Positions 31,073-43,400 of a stretch of DNA of 64,000 nt are shown piece after piece. The notes beneath the pieces are model-generated. The model ran no database searches. It was not told the DNA's origin and saw nothing but the letters and a program-made list of their open reading frames with translations. A program made the position numbers and the translations under genes. The DNA comes from Macrostomum lignano (taxonomy: Eukaryota), in assembly GCA_002269645.1 (NCBI GenBank), contig NIVC01000077.1:187230-251229 (forward strand), read 5' to 3'. Position 1 is the first letter of the stretch. Each line of letters starts with the position of its first letter.

Positions 31073-34000
31073 CATCCAGGGTGAGCACACGTTGCAGCAG
31101 CTGTCAGTTTCGCTAAAGAAACGAGGTTGTCCAGTATCCGACAGGGCCAGCTTGATTGAGGCCCTAGCTAGTCACCTGGGCAAGGCTTTGGAGTCGCGAG
31201 CTACTCAAATTCAGCCAGCTCAGACTAGCGCTTTTAGTGTGAGTGCTTGCTCATTAATATTTGAAATAGTATTTAGAGTATGTGTTAAGACTCTTCTAGA
31301 ATCCTTATATGCTCTTTTATTATTGCAGCACTGTATTGTACTTGGAATCAACCTTAACCCACTGACCTACTTCGCCGCAGTTGACAAGGGACCCAAGTTT
31401 GGCGCACCAGAGGTACACAGTTTACTTCCAAATTTTTATGCATTTTAAAATTTGGATTTATAAAAAGTGATAAATCAATCAGTTTCGTATTGAACAGACT
31501 CGTACTTACTATCTAATGCTCTTTCTTTTCAAATCCTCACCAACCGATATGAGTCTCAATAACTCAGCATCTGATCTAGTTCTTAATAAGTAATACCTCA
31601 TCTACAGAGCTCATCAACCGGTCTCAGTCTCAACTGCATCCTTATCAACCAGTCTCAGTCTCAACCTTATCCTCATCAACCAGTCTCAGTCTCAACCTCA
31701 TCCTCATCAACCAGTCTCAGTCTCAACCTCATCCTCATCAACCAGTCTCAGTCTCAACCTCATCCTCATCAACCAGTCTCAGTCTCAACCTCATCCTCAT
31801 GAACCGGTTTCAACCGCATCCTCGTCAATCGGTCTCAACCGTGTCCTCATTCCTCATCAACCAGTCCCAGTCTCAACCACATCCTCATTCCTCATCAACC
31901 AGTCTCAGTCTCAACCTCATCCTCATGAACCGGTCTCAACCGCATCCTCATCAACCGGTAACGCGCTAAAACGGGCACTCTCATCCAGGCCGCTGAGTTC
32001 CGCCAATTCTGGTCGGGAAAATCCGAGCTTCGGCACGCCGGGGGCGAAGTCCGGGAGACGTTGGTATGGCGTGGCAGCCACGTTACCCAGAGAGTCATCG
32101 ACTGGGTGTTGCGCAAGCAGCTGAGCTGTCGGCCCGGCCAGTACCGCCAGCTTCACTGCCAGCTGCGGCCACTGCTGCAGCCGGCGAAACGCCATCATTC
32201 TGTGTGGTCGTCGGCTATATCTGACCTGAACGCATCACTGGCTGAGCTGTCTAGTCGCCTTACTGCCATCGGCTCGTCTGCTATGCCGCTCAGCGTCAAT
32301 GGCCTTCTAGCTGTGGCTCCGGCTTTCCGAGGCGCCTGTTTACTGCCGCCAGGATGGGGCGGGCGCGCCAAGCAAAACCAGCTAGTGCACGAGTGCCACC
32401 TGCAGTTGGAGGCCAGCGGCAAGTGGCCCACGCTGCTTGGACCATTCCGGGCGATGAAAACGCTGTTTTGTTTGCGCTTAGCTCAGGTGAGAAATCTGTT
32501 CGATTCTGATTAATTATTCGATAAATCTAGAGCAAGACAATAGACAAGAAAGATAGGTGCATTCGTGCAAAATTTGAATTTGCATTTGTGCTACATGTAG
32601 CGCTTGTACTGGGTGCAAATTCAGTAGATGAAAGAATAATCCATGCAAATACGAGATACATAATTAAACCGTAGATGGGCGACTTATTTTAACCTTTGCA
32701 TCTGCTGTCTACTTAAAGGCATTCAGTAGCGATCCTTTCTATTCCTTCATCCATGGAACAGACTAAAAGGATATTTTCTTTGCCCCGCGTAGCGACTGAC
32801 TGACCTATCTTAGCCATGGAAGAGGGGAAATAAAAGTACAGTTTAAAATACACTTAAAACACCTTGGTATTACCACAGACTAAAGTGGCGAGAAGTAATT
32901 TTTTTTGAACGCGGGCAGGAATCTGTTCCGTGCCATGGATGAAGGAAAAGAAAGGATCGCTCATCTGAAAGCGAGTCTATGGCCAAAACCTACTAAAAAT
33001 TGGGATATTCCCCCCCCCATGAATTTCATTGGCTGCTGGAATTTAATAATAGTCCCCCCCTAATTTCTTACTGGCCTAAGCTTGTACGAGGGGGAATTCT
33101 AAAGTCACGATTAGCAGGCATACTAGGCTGTAGTATAATAAACATAGATAACTTTTTTTCTTGTTTTAAACGCTAATTTCTTTCCCCTAAGCCGTCATGG
33201 CCTAGAGGAAGAAGGCAATTATAGATGTCTAGCCAACGTACATGCAACAAGAGCTTTTTTTGTTCTGTGATTAAGTTATTTTCGTCTAAAGCTAAATGGC
33301 CAAGCGCTACTGCGCTGCTCAGGACTGCTCGTCTAAGACTGGTGACAGAAATGAGGACGGCAGCAAGGTTAGTATTTTTTTACTTTCCTATTAAGTCAAG
33401 CCAGCAGCTCTCCATTTGGCCATCGAGCATAAAGACTAGTCCAAAGTTTACGCCAACGCGAAATACTGTGCTGTGCGACAAACATTTTTCTCCAGACTCA
33501 TACTCGTTGTTATCTCAAGGGTCTTTCGCCAATGGAAAGAGAAAAAACCTAACCCTGGCGCAATACCAATACAATACCCAGCTACGCTGCAGCTTCTTTG
33601 TTATATGCAAGTTAGTCAGAAAAATAACGAAAAAAATTGACTATTTTTTAAACAAACATTTCTTCATAACTATTTCCAACTTTGCCACTTAAAAAGTATC
33701 GGCTTTTTTCTTTTAATTTTAGCATAGAGGATCAGCAAGTAAAGGTTTTCCATTCGAATATGGTTCTAAAAAGCTACGAAAAGTAACTTGACATTTTTAC
33801 TTTTCACTTGTCTAACTTCCCCCTCATTTCTTCAAAGTTCAATCGCCTTATGCTTAGTTGTCTTGTTTCTCAACTTTTGCAACAATTTGTTATTTGTTTC
33901 AATCACTGCCTCCTTCAATTCTCTCTACATAATCAGTCAAGTACAAAAAATACAAACTAACAGCCGGTCTATCAAGAGGCAAAATTTGTTTACCAGGCAA

Positions 34001-37000
34001 AAGAGCGCAAATGTCATTTCAGGCCATGTTACTTGTATGTCTTTAAAATAGTAAATAGTGCATTCTTTTCCTATGCGCGTTAATCCGTGACTTTTGAATT
34101 CCCCTCGTACAAGCTTCAGCCAGTAAGAACTTAGGGGGGACTATTATTAAATTCCATCAGCCAATAAAATTCATGAGGGGAATATCCCAATTTTAAGGAA
34201 GTCTTGGCCATAGACTCGCTTTCAGATGAGCGATCCTTTCTATTCCTTCATCCATGTTCCGTGCCCACTAGTTTCGTCTATGGTTAGTGCCTTGTGGCGA
34301 CCTCAAAATGATGAGACCATGGATTTTCAGACAGTAATGAGACTCAACGATACTGAGATTTCCCTGATTCCTGCCCATAGACAGAATTATTAGTTCACGT
34401 GTACAAATTGCATGAGTCTTAAAGCTTCCATCCTTATTGGCAGTTAATTACCATACACAGACGGTTTGCCAATCAGACAGGGTTCTGAAATCCCCAGTTT
34501 GTGAAACCCTAACTGAATCACCCAAGGTAGTAAGCGAAACCATATGAGAATCACAATGGACAGGAATCCCAGGGTAGTAAGGGAAAACCATATGAGAATC
34601 ACAATGGACAGGAATCCCAGGGTAGTAAGGGAAAACCATATGAGAATCACAATGGACAGGAATCCCAGGGTAGTAAGGGAAAACCATATGAGAATCACAA
34701 TGGACAGGTATCCCAGGGTAGTAAGCGAAACCATATGAGAATCACAATGGACAGGAATCCCAGGGTAGTAAGGGAAAACCATATGAGAATCACAATGTAC
34801 AGGTATCCCAGGGTAGTAAGCGAAACCATATGAGAATCACAATGGACAGGAATCCCAGGGTAGTAAGGGAAAACCATATGAGAATCACAATGTACAGGTA
34901 TCCCAGGGTAGTAAGCGAAACCATATGAGAATCACAATGGACAGGAATCCCAGGGTAGTAAGGGAAAACCATATGAGAATCACAATGTACAGGTATCCCA
35001 GGGTAGTAAGCGAAACCATATGAGAATCACAATGGACAGGAATCCCAGGGTAGTAAGGGAAAACCATATGAGAATCACAATGGACAGGAATCCCAGGGTA
35101 GTAAGGGAAAACCATATGAGAATTACAATGGACAGGGATCCCAGGGTAGTAAGGGATATCCATATGAGAATTACAATGGACAGGGATCCCAGGGTAGTAA
35201 GGGAAAACCATATGAGAATTACAATGGACAGGAATCCCAGGGTAGTAAGGGAAAACCATATGAGAATCACAATGGACAGGAATCCCAGGGTAGTAAGGGA
35301 AAACCATATGAGAATCACAATGGACAGGAATCCCAGGGTAGTAAGGGAAAACCATATGAGAATCACAATGGACAGGAATCCCAGGGTAGTAAGGGAAAAC
35401 CATATGAGAATCACAATGGACAGGAATCCCAGGGTAGTAAGGGAAAACCATATGAGAATTACAATGGACAGGGATCCCAGGGTAGTAAGGGAAAACCATA
35501 TGAGAATTACAATGGACAGGGATCCCAGGGTAGTAAGGGAAAACCATATGAGAATCACAATGGACAGGAATCCCAGGGTAGTAAGGGAAAACCATATGAG
35601 AATTACAATGGACAGGGATCCCAGGGTAGTAAGGGAAAACCATATGAGAATTACAATGGACAGGGATCCCAGGGTAGTAAGGGAAAACCATATGAGAATC
35701 ACAATGGACAGGTATCCCAGGGTAGTAAGGGAAAACCATATGAGAATCACAATGGACAGGTATCCCAGGGTAGTAAGCGAAACCATATGAGAATCACAAT
35801 GGACAGGAATCCCAGGGTAGTAAGGGAAAACCATATGAGAATCACAATGGACAGGTATCCCAGGGTAGTAAGGGAAAACCATATGAGAATTACAATGGAC
35901 AGGGATCCCAGGGTAGTAAGGGAAAACCATATGAGAATCACAATGGACAGGGATCCCAGGGTAGTAAGGGAAAAAACCATATGAGAATCACAATGGACAG
36001 GGATCCGATCGTGCTTCCCAGTGTCCCCCTGGGATTTCCTTTGCAAGAAGAACTTCAACTTATTTTCGTAGCAGGGTACCAGACAAATAATAAGGAAAAA
36101 AAATTTAAAATATTAAGGAAAAAATAAATGCCACAAATCCTACCAGCACTAAAATCCACCAATGATGCTCTACCTATCACACTAATTACTCAACAACATC
36201 GCAGACCATGCGTTCTCGTCTGCCTCGAACCGAGGCCAGCGAAATTATCGCCTGCCGCTCCGGCGTCCTGGTCACCTGGCGTAGGCGGCACAGATTCTAC
36301 CTGAGATTGGCCCTGCCAAAAGAGGCCGCATTAGCTAGGCAGGCAGGCCTGAGCTCTGGCCAGTCAACTGCTCAACAACAGCAGCAGCTGCTCATTCAAG
36401 CTGACTGCGCAGAGTCTCGTCAATTAGAACGCGAACTCGTGCTGCTTCCAGCTTTGGCTGGCGCACTTCGCGGCCTGACTAGCCAGCGGCCAACTCACGG
36501 AGAAACTGTCCGACTGTGCCTTCGCTGGCTGGCCGGACACATGCTGCTGAACACGGCTGTGGATGCTCTGGCTGTTGAACTGCTGTGCGCCTGGGTGGCC
36601 ATCGATGCGTCACCCTGCTCGGCTTTGCGAGGCTTTTTATTATTCCTGCAGCTGCTGGCCAGGCACGACTTTGCGGTGAGAATTGAAATGTTCCTTTGTA
36701 GTGTATCTGCGCACCGCATGATCCTTTTATCAAGCTTCATTTCATTAAGAACGTTAATGGTGTCTTTACGAGTGTATCCTCCTTAATCTGAATATATAAC
36801 GAGACGCTGATAGGTGCTGATAGATCCCGATGAATCCCGGGCTAACGAGTCCCGATCCTAAAGTTAATTAATTCCGATCCTGAATCTAATTGGTTCCGAT
36901 CCTGAAGCTAATGAATTCCGATCCTAGATCTAATTGGTTCCGATCCTGAAGCTACTGAGTTCCGATCCTGAAGCTACTGAGTCCTGATCCTGAAGCTAAT

Positions 37001-39349
37001 GAATTCCAATCCTGAATCTTATGAGTCCCGATTCTGAAGCTCATGAGTCCCGATTCTGAATCTAATGAATCCGGATTCTTAATCTAATTCGTCCCGATCC
37101 TGAAGCTAATTAAAATTGTCTACTCATCTAAGGTTTTTTTCTATTTAAGGATACTCTTAGTAGTGACAGTGGTGCCACCAGAAATCTATTGAGGGGCGGA
37201 TTCTGGAGGGTAAAGACCCCAAGGGGCGGAGGGGGCGACTTTGTATTGTGGCAAAAATGCACTTGGTCCCCCTTTGATTTTCTTCAGGTCGCCTAACGGA
37301 GGGCAACAACCCCCCTCCCGCCTCCCCCTGGGTGCACCCCTGCTTAGTGACATTTTTAATCTAAACTAAATTAAACATCAATCATAATAAATGAAATCGC
37401 TTTTTGCAACCTAAATGTAATAGCGAATGTCTGTGAAATTAACTGTCAAAGCCAACTAGCAGGGAGAAATGGTCTAACAACTCAATAGGCTTTCAAAAAG
37501 ACTGAAACTCCTAGATTCTTTTTATTTAAAATCATTAGAAAGACTTTTGGGTCCCTGTGAAAGGGTGCTTGCGTACGGCTGTTCAGTCCAAGGACGGGGG
37601 GTCGCCAAACCCTTAATTATCCCAGCTAATGCTGATACCTGTTTTACACTTTTACAGATGGGTGAACTGAAGCAATGCAGAGTTAAGTGTCTTGCTTAAG
37701 GATACAATTGTTCAGAATGGGCCGAGAATCGAATCCCGAGCTTTCGATCGTGAGTCCGACGCTCAAACCACTAAGCTTCTCCTCACCTAATGGGGATTTT
37801 TAAGTGCTTAGAAACCAGTGTAGTATTCATAGTTTGGACAATGATTTCGAATTATTATCTCAAGATCGAGAAAGCAATCAAGTACAGATGTAAATGTACA
37901 TCTGTGTACTGCGTACGTATCCGTGGATGTGCGTACATTTATATATGCCCTTTCTATTGTACTCCAGCAGAGAGGACATAGCAGCTCAGCGGTAAACGCG
38001 TCTGAGTCTCGCGTCACTACCGCTTGTTCGACCCCCGTGCGCGCGCACAATAATTTGGGCCTTAGTGCAAAAAATTGGCCTAGGACCTCATGGGACGCTT
38101 AGAAAGTTAGGGCCGTTGTACACCCTTTGTGAGCGTGTGTGTAAGTGCGTGTCTGCGGGCAGTATCCCAGCGATTGTATGTGCTCAGGACAATGTCGCCA
38201 AAGGCCTTGCACAAGGGCCACAACCCTTCTACAAATGTTTATTTTTAATATATTGTTACCCAGCACTCTCAATTTTCTCTTAATTGTCCAGCAACAACCG
38301 CTGATTGTCAATCTGAACGAGTCCCTGAGCGGCGCCGATCGAGCGAGCATCGAGGCCGACTTTCGCAAGCGCCGGCGCCACCTACCAGCCATGTTCATCG
38401 CCTGCCCGCAGGACCGGACAGAGTCCATGCTCACCACCGCCCGGCCGGACACCCAACTGCTCGGCCGGCTTCAGCGGTGCGCTCGGGCCGCTCTGGCCGC
38501 CTTCGAGACCCGTCTGGCCAGTCCTAGGTCTGAGCTGCTTTCTGCGGCCTCTATGGCCGGCGTTTTTCGATCGGCGCCAGACTCTTTTGACGCTCTGCTT
38601 CATCTGGCGCCGCAGCCGCCGCTTTCCGAGTGTGCGCTTGACCGACTGGCCGACGCCGAGTTGCAGCAAGACTGTGACGAGTCGGACATCGCGGAGGTCG
38701 GCTCCGTATTTAATAGTCCAGGTTTTCACTGGGTTGAGCGGCTGGTGCTCAGGCTGACAGCTGCTCACGGGCAGGCGGCTTACTTTCTGGCCGATTGCTA
38801 CGGCGGGCGCTGTATCGGCGTCCTGCTGCGTCAGCACTGCGGCGGCGGTGTTGACCTGAGCCAGCAGGCTGTGGCTTGGCTTGACACAGCCGGGCCGGGA
38901 CTTGTGGCTAGAGTTGAGCTGTTCCCAAAGAATGCTGGATCCGATAAGGATGGTAAGTTTTATTAAATTTAATGTTTAAACTTGTAGAGCTATGATATAC
39001 TGGCCTATTGCTCCGCATAAAGCATTTTGAAGGTTTGCGGTTAACGCCAAGATAGAAAGAATTCGTTTTTCTTTGTGTACACGGAGGGCGTGTTATACAG
39101 TGCGACCAGAGAGCATGACTAAAAATTGACTGCCGACGATTTAGATTAGGGTAGGGTTTAGGCTTAGGGTTAGGATCGGCAGTCAATCTGTGGAAGTCAA
39201 AAGGCTGGCAGTTGAATTTATACGGCAGAAGTCCAAGTTGATGCACAAAAAGCAGGCCATATAGGGTTCAATCTAATTGATCTCTACGATTTTTCCTTAC
39301 GATATTTTCCACTAACCCCATTACAGCTGCTGGTTCAACTGAAGCCTGA
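31073..39349 (+). CDS. NOL6: Nucleolar protein 6 (Nrap/Utp22), 3' exons: 31073-31238, 31329-31412, 31989-32486, 36205-36675, 38292-38952, 39327-39349
   Basis: GT-AG exons that join in frame; motifs AAEFRQFWSGKSELR...VRETLVW, LEASGKWP, LPALAGALRGL...RWLAGHML, GFLLFL, PLIVNLN, MFIACPQD match the Nrap family. 5' exons were not found in the window. Confidence 0.88.
31613..31957. repeat. 31-bp minisatellite in a NOL6 intron
   Basis: Unit TCAACCAGTCTCAGTCTCAACCTCATCCTCA, about 11 copies. Confidence 0.9.
32934..34256 (+). mobile_element. Non-autonomous P-element-type transposon carrying a THAP domain (about 33296-33570)
   Basis: CATG...CATG termini, ~180-bp imperfect TIRs, 8-bp TSD TTCCGTGC (32926-33 and 34257-64). 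Internal MAKRYCAAQDC...FP...W...LCDKHF, with one extra T in a T7 run near 33375. Confidence 0.85.
34516..36003. repeat. 48-bp satellite in a NOL6 intron
   Basis: Unit GAATCCCAGGGTAGTAAGGGAAAACCATATGAGAATCACAATGGACAG with 47-bp variants; about 31 copies. Confidence 0.97.
36830..37110. repeat. Degenerate ~22-bp minisatellite
   Basis: Repeats of CCGATCCTGAAGCTAATGAATT-like units. Confidence 0.75.
37545..37780 (+). mobile_element. SINE-like interspersed repeat fragment
   Basis: GGGTGAACTG...AAGTGTCTTGC...GAATCGAATCCC...CGCTCAAACCACT segment resembling common invertebrate SINE 3' regions; no TSD seen. Confidence 0.35.
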
Positions 39350-40432
39350 TTTGTGTCCCGTGACCTGACGCTAGCGTAACAATATGACATTGTGGAATTG
39401 TACGCTGTCTGGCATTTGTTTGATCCTATTGAGTGTTTAAATAAATTGTCGTACTTGTGCGTTAATAAAATTTTGCTTTTGAACTTCTTTCTTGCTTGCT
39501 ATTTATTTTAATCGACTGTATATTATTTAGTAATGTAGTCTTATGTATATTCTTAAATTTGATTTGACATCAATTACATAGAGGCATTAACGACTATATA
39601 CGATTTAGTCATATTGCAAGGTAGGGGTTGACTAAATCTTAATGAGTTAGCCTATTACTCTGAAAAATCATGGCTGCATTGTTATGGCTCTCTCTATCAA
39701 TTAACATGATGTGGCACTATCCTATATATTCTACCTAAATATTGTTGCATGAAAATTGAATGGGAGGTGCCCTTGTAATGTTTAAAACAGTAAGATCTGT
39801 CAGCTAAAGATTCAACACTTTACTGGATCTTATCAGTTATAACCTTTTGTCATTAGAATCGTTTAACAAATCTATGCAAATATTATCTAGACATTAATTA
39901 GTGGTTTCAATGATAATTGGGTCGTAACTACAATCCTACGTTTGGCTTCGATTTTAAAAGGCTAAAAATAAATTTTCAATATTAATTCAATTACTGATTG
40001 ACATCAGCCAATTTAATTATAACAGAGAACATAAGCAATGCAGGCAAAATTAAAAAGTTACAAAGAAGTTGAATAATACGACTTTAAGTAAATACTATTT
40101 AAATTCTTATTTGAATAGGCTCTACAAGGAATATGTGAACTATAAACCAATACATTAATTCCTTATATTTACTATCACTATGAACCTACAGGTCAGTCTG
40201 TTCTTGCTAATGCGAGCTTACTAACTTGGTATAAACAATGTAAACAATGAGTCCACATTTGACTGCCGACCCTAACTAAACCATCTATCGTGCTAATCAA
40301 GCTGATTGCCTAATTTTTTCGCTTTGTAACTAATATTTTTTATTAATAATTCAAGTATCCGCGTGAGTTATTATTTGAAGATCGTTCATATTTATATTTT
40401 TGCAAAAAAACTTCAATGCATGCTTCTGATAA

Positions 40433-43400
40433 ATGAGTAGGGATCCATACTCTGTCCTGGCACGTAGCCATTCTGGGCTGCTGACCAGTCCAAAGCTGCT
40501 AGCTGCATCACTGTTACTAACTGTGTCAGTCGTCTCTGTCAGCGGTGCCAATGACGCTGACTTGGTTTGCTCCGCCTGTCGTATAGTTGCTCGCCAGCTG
40601 CACCAGAATGTTGAAAGCGAAGCTAACGAAGGTCGCACAGTGGATTCTGGTAGCTTCCGGGTTGACTCCAAGGGCAATCAACGTGTCAATAAAGTCCCCT
40701 ATGCTCGGTACGTTAGATTCTGGTTGGCTTGATTTAGGCTATGGATTCTCAAATATTTACGAATAGAAACTATCCTGACACTATCCACCATATCAGTGCA
40801 CTATCTCGACACTATCCATCATATCAGTGCACTATCCTGACACTATCCATCATATCAGTGTACTATCCTGACACTATCCATCATATCAGTGCACTATCCT
40901 GACACTATCCACCATATCAGTGCACTATCCCGACACTACCCATCATATCAGTGCACTATCCCGACACTACGCTCGTATCCATCATATCAGTGCACTATCC
41001 TGACACTATCCACCATATCAGTGTACTATCCTGACACTATCCATCATATCAGTGCACTATCCTGACACTATCCATCAAATCAGTGTACTATGCCGACACT
41101 ATCCATCATATCAGTGTACTATCCTGACACTATCCATCATATCAGTGCACTATCCTGACACTATCCATCATATCAGTGCACTATCCTGACACTATCCACC
41201 ATATCAGTGTACTATCCTGACACTATCCATCAAATCAGTGTACTATGCCGACACTATCCATCATATCAGTGTACTATCCTGACACTATCCATCATATCAG
41301 TGTACTATGCCGACACTATCCATCATATCAGTGCACTATCCTGACACTATCCATCATATCAGTGTACTATCCTGACACTATCCATCATATCAGTGCACTA
41401 TCCTGACACTATCCATCATATCAGTGCACTATCTTGACACTATCCATCATATCAGTGCACTATGCCGACACTATCCATCATATCAGTGTACTATCCTGAC
41501 ACTATCCATCATATCAGTGTACTATGCCGACACTATCCATCATATCAGTGCACTATCCTGACACTATCCATCATATCAGTGTACTATCCTGACACTATCC
41601 ATCATATCAGTGCACTATCCTGACACTATCCATCATATCAGTGCACTATCTTGACACTATCCATCATATCAGTGCACTATGCCGACACTATCCATCATAT
41701 CAGTGCACTATCCTGACACTATCCATCATATCAGTGTACTATGCCGACACTATCCATCATATCAGTGCACTATCCTGACACTATCCATCATATCAGTGCA
41801 CTATCCTGACACTATCCATCATATCAGTGTACTATGCCGACACTATCCATCATATCAGTGCACTATCCTGACACTATCCATCATATCAGTGCACTATCCT
41901 GACACTATCCATCATATCAGTGCACTATCCTGACACTATCCATCATATCAGTGCACTATCCTGACACTATCCATCATATCAGTGCACTATTCTGACACTA
42001 TCCATCATATCAGTGTACTATCCTGACACTATCCATCATATCAGTGTACTATTCTGACACTATCCATCATATCAGTGTACTATCCTGACACTATCCATCA
42101 TATCAGTGCACTATCCTGACACTATCCATCATATCAGTGCACTATCCTGACACTATCCATCATATCAGTGTACTATGCCGACACTATCCATCATATCAGT
42201 GCACTATCCTGACACTATCCATCATATCAGTGCACTATCCTGACACTATCCATCATATCAGTGCACTATCCCGACACTACGCTCGTATCCATCATATCAG
42301 TGCACTATCCTGACACTATCCATCATATCAGTGTACTATCCTGACACTATCCATCATATCAGTGCACTATCCCGACACTACGCTCGTATCCATCATATCA
42401 GTGCACTATCCTGACACTATCCATCATATCAGTGCCCTATCCTGACACTATCCATCATATCAGTGCACTATCCTGACACTATCCATCATATCAGTGCACT
42501 ATTCTGACACTATCCATCATATCAGTGTACTATCCTGACACTATCCATCAAATCAGTGTACTATCCCGACACTATCCATCATATCAGTGTACTATCCTGA
42601 CTATCCATCATATCAGTGCACTATCCTGACACTATCCATCATATCAGTGTACCATCCTGACTATCCATCATATCAGTGCACTATCCTGACACTATCCATC
42701 ATATCAGTGTACTATCCTGACACTATCCATCATATCAGTGCACTATCCTGACACTATCCATCATATCAGTGCACTATCTTGACACTATCCATCATATCAG
42801 TGCACTATGCCGACACTATCCATCATATCAGTGCACTATCCTGACACTATCCATCATATCAGTGCACTATCCTGACACTATCCATCATATCAGTGCACTA
42901 TCCTGACACTATCCATCATATCAGTGTACTATCCTGACACTATCCATCATATCAGTGTACTATGCCGACACTATCCATCATATCAGTGCACTATCCTGAC
43001 ACTATCCATCATATCAGTGCACTATCCTGACACTATCCATCATATCAGTGCACTATCCTGACACTATCCATCATATCAGTGCACTATTCTGACACTATCC
43101 ATCATATCAGTGTACTATCCTGACACTATCCATCATATCAGTGCACTATCCCGACACTACGCTCGTATCCATCATATCAGTGCACTATCCTGACACTATC
43201 CACCATATCAGTGTACTATCCTGACACTATCCATCATATCAGTGCACTATCCCGACACTACGCTCGTATCCATCATATCAGTGCACTATCCTGACACTAT
43301 CCATCATATCAGTGCACTATCCTGACACTATCCATCATATCAGTGCACTATCCTGACACTATCCATCATATCAGTGCACTATTCTGACACTATCCATCAT

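Noticed and set aside
34444-36058. Long repetitive ORFs (MVFPYYPG..., MRITMDR...)
   Set aside because: Artefacts of a 48-bp satellite inside a NOL6 intron, open in several frames.
39125-39190. TTAGGG-like motifs as an interstitial telomere
   Set aside because: Only a few degenerate units inside a short inverted repeat (TGACTGCCGA...TCGGCAGTCA); more likely a small MITE fragment.
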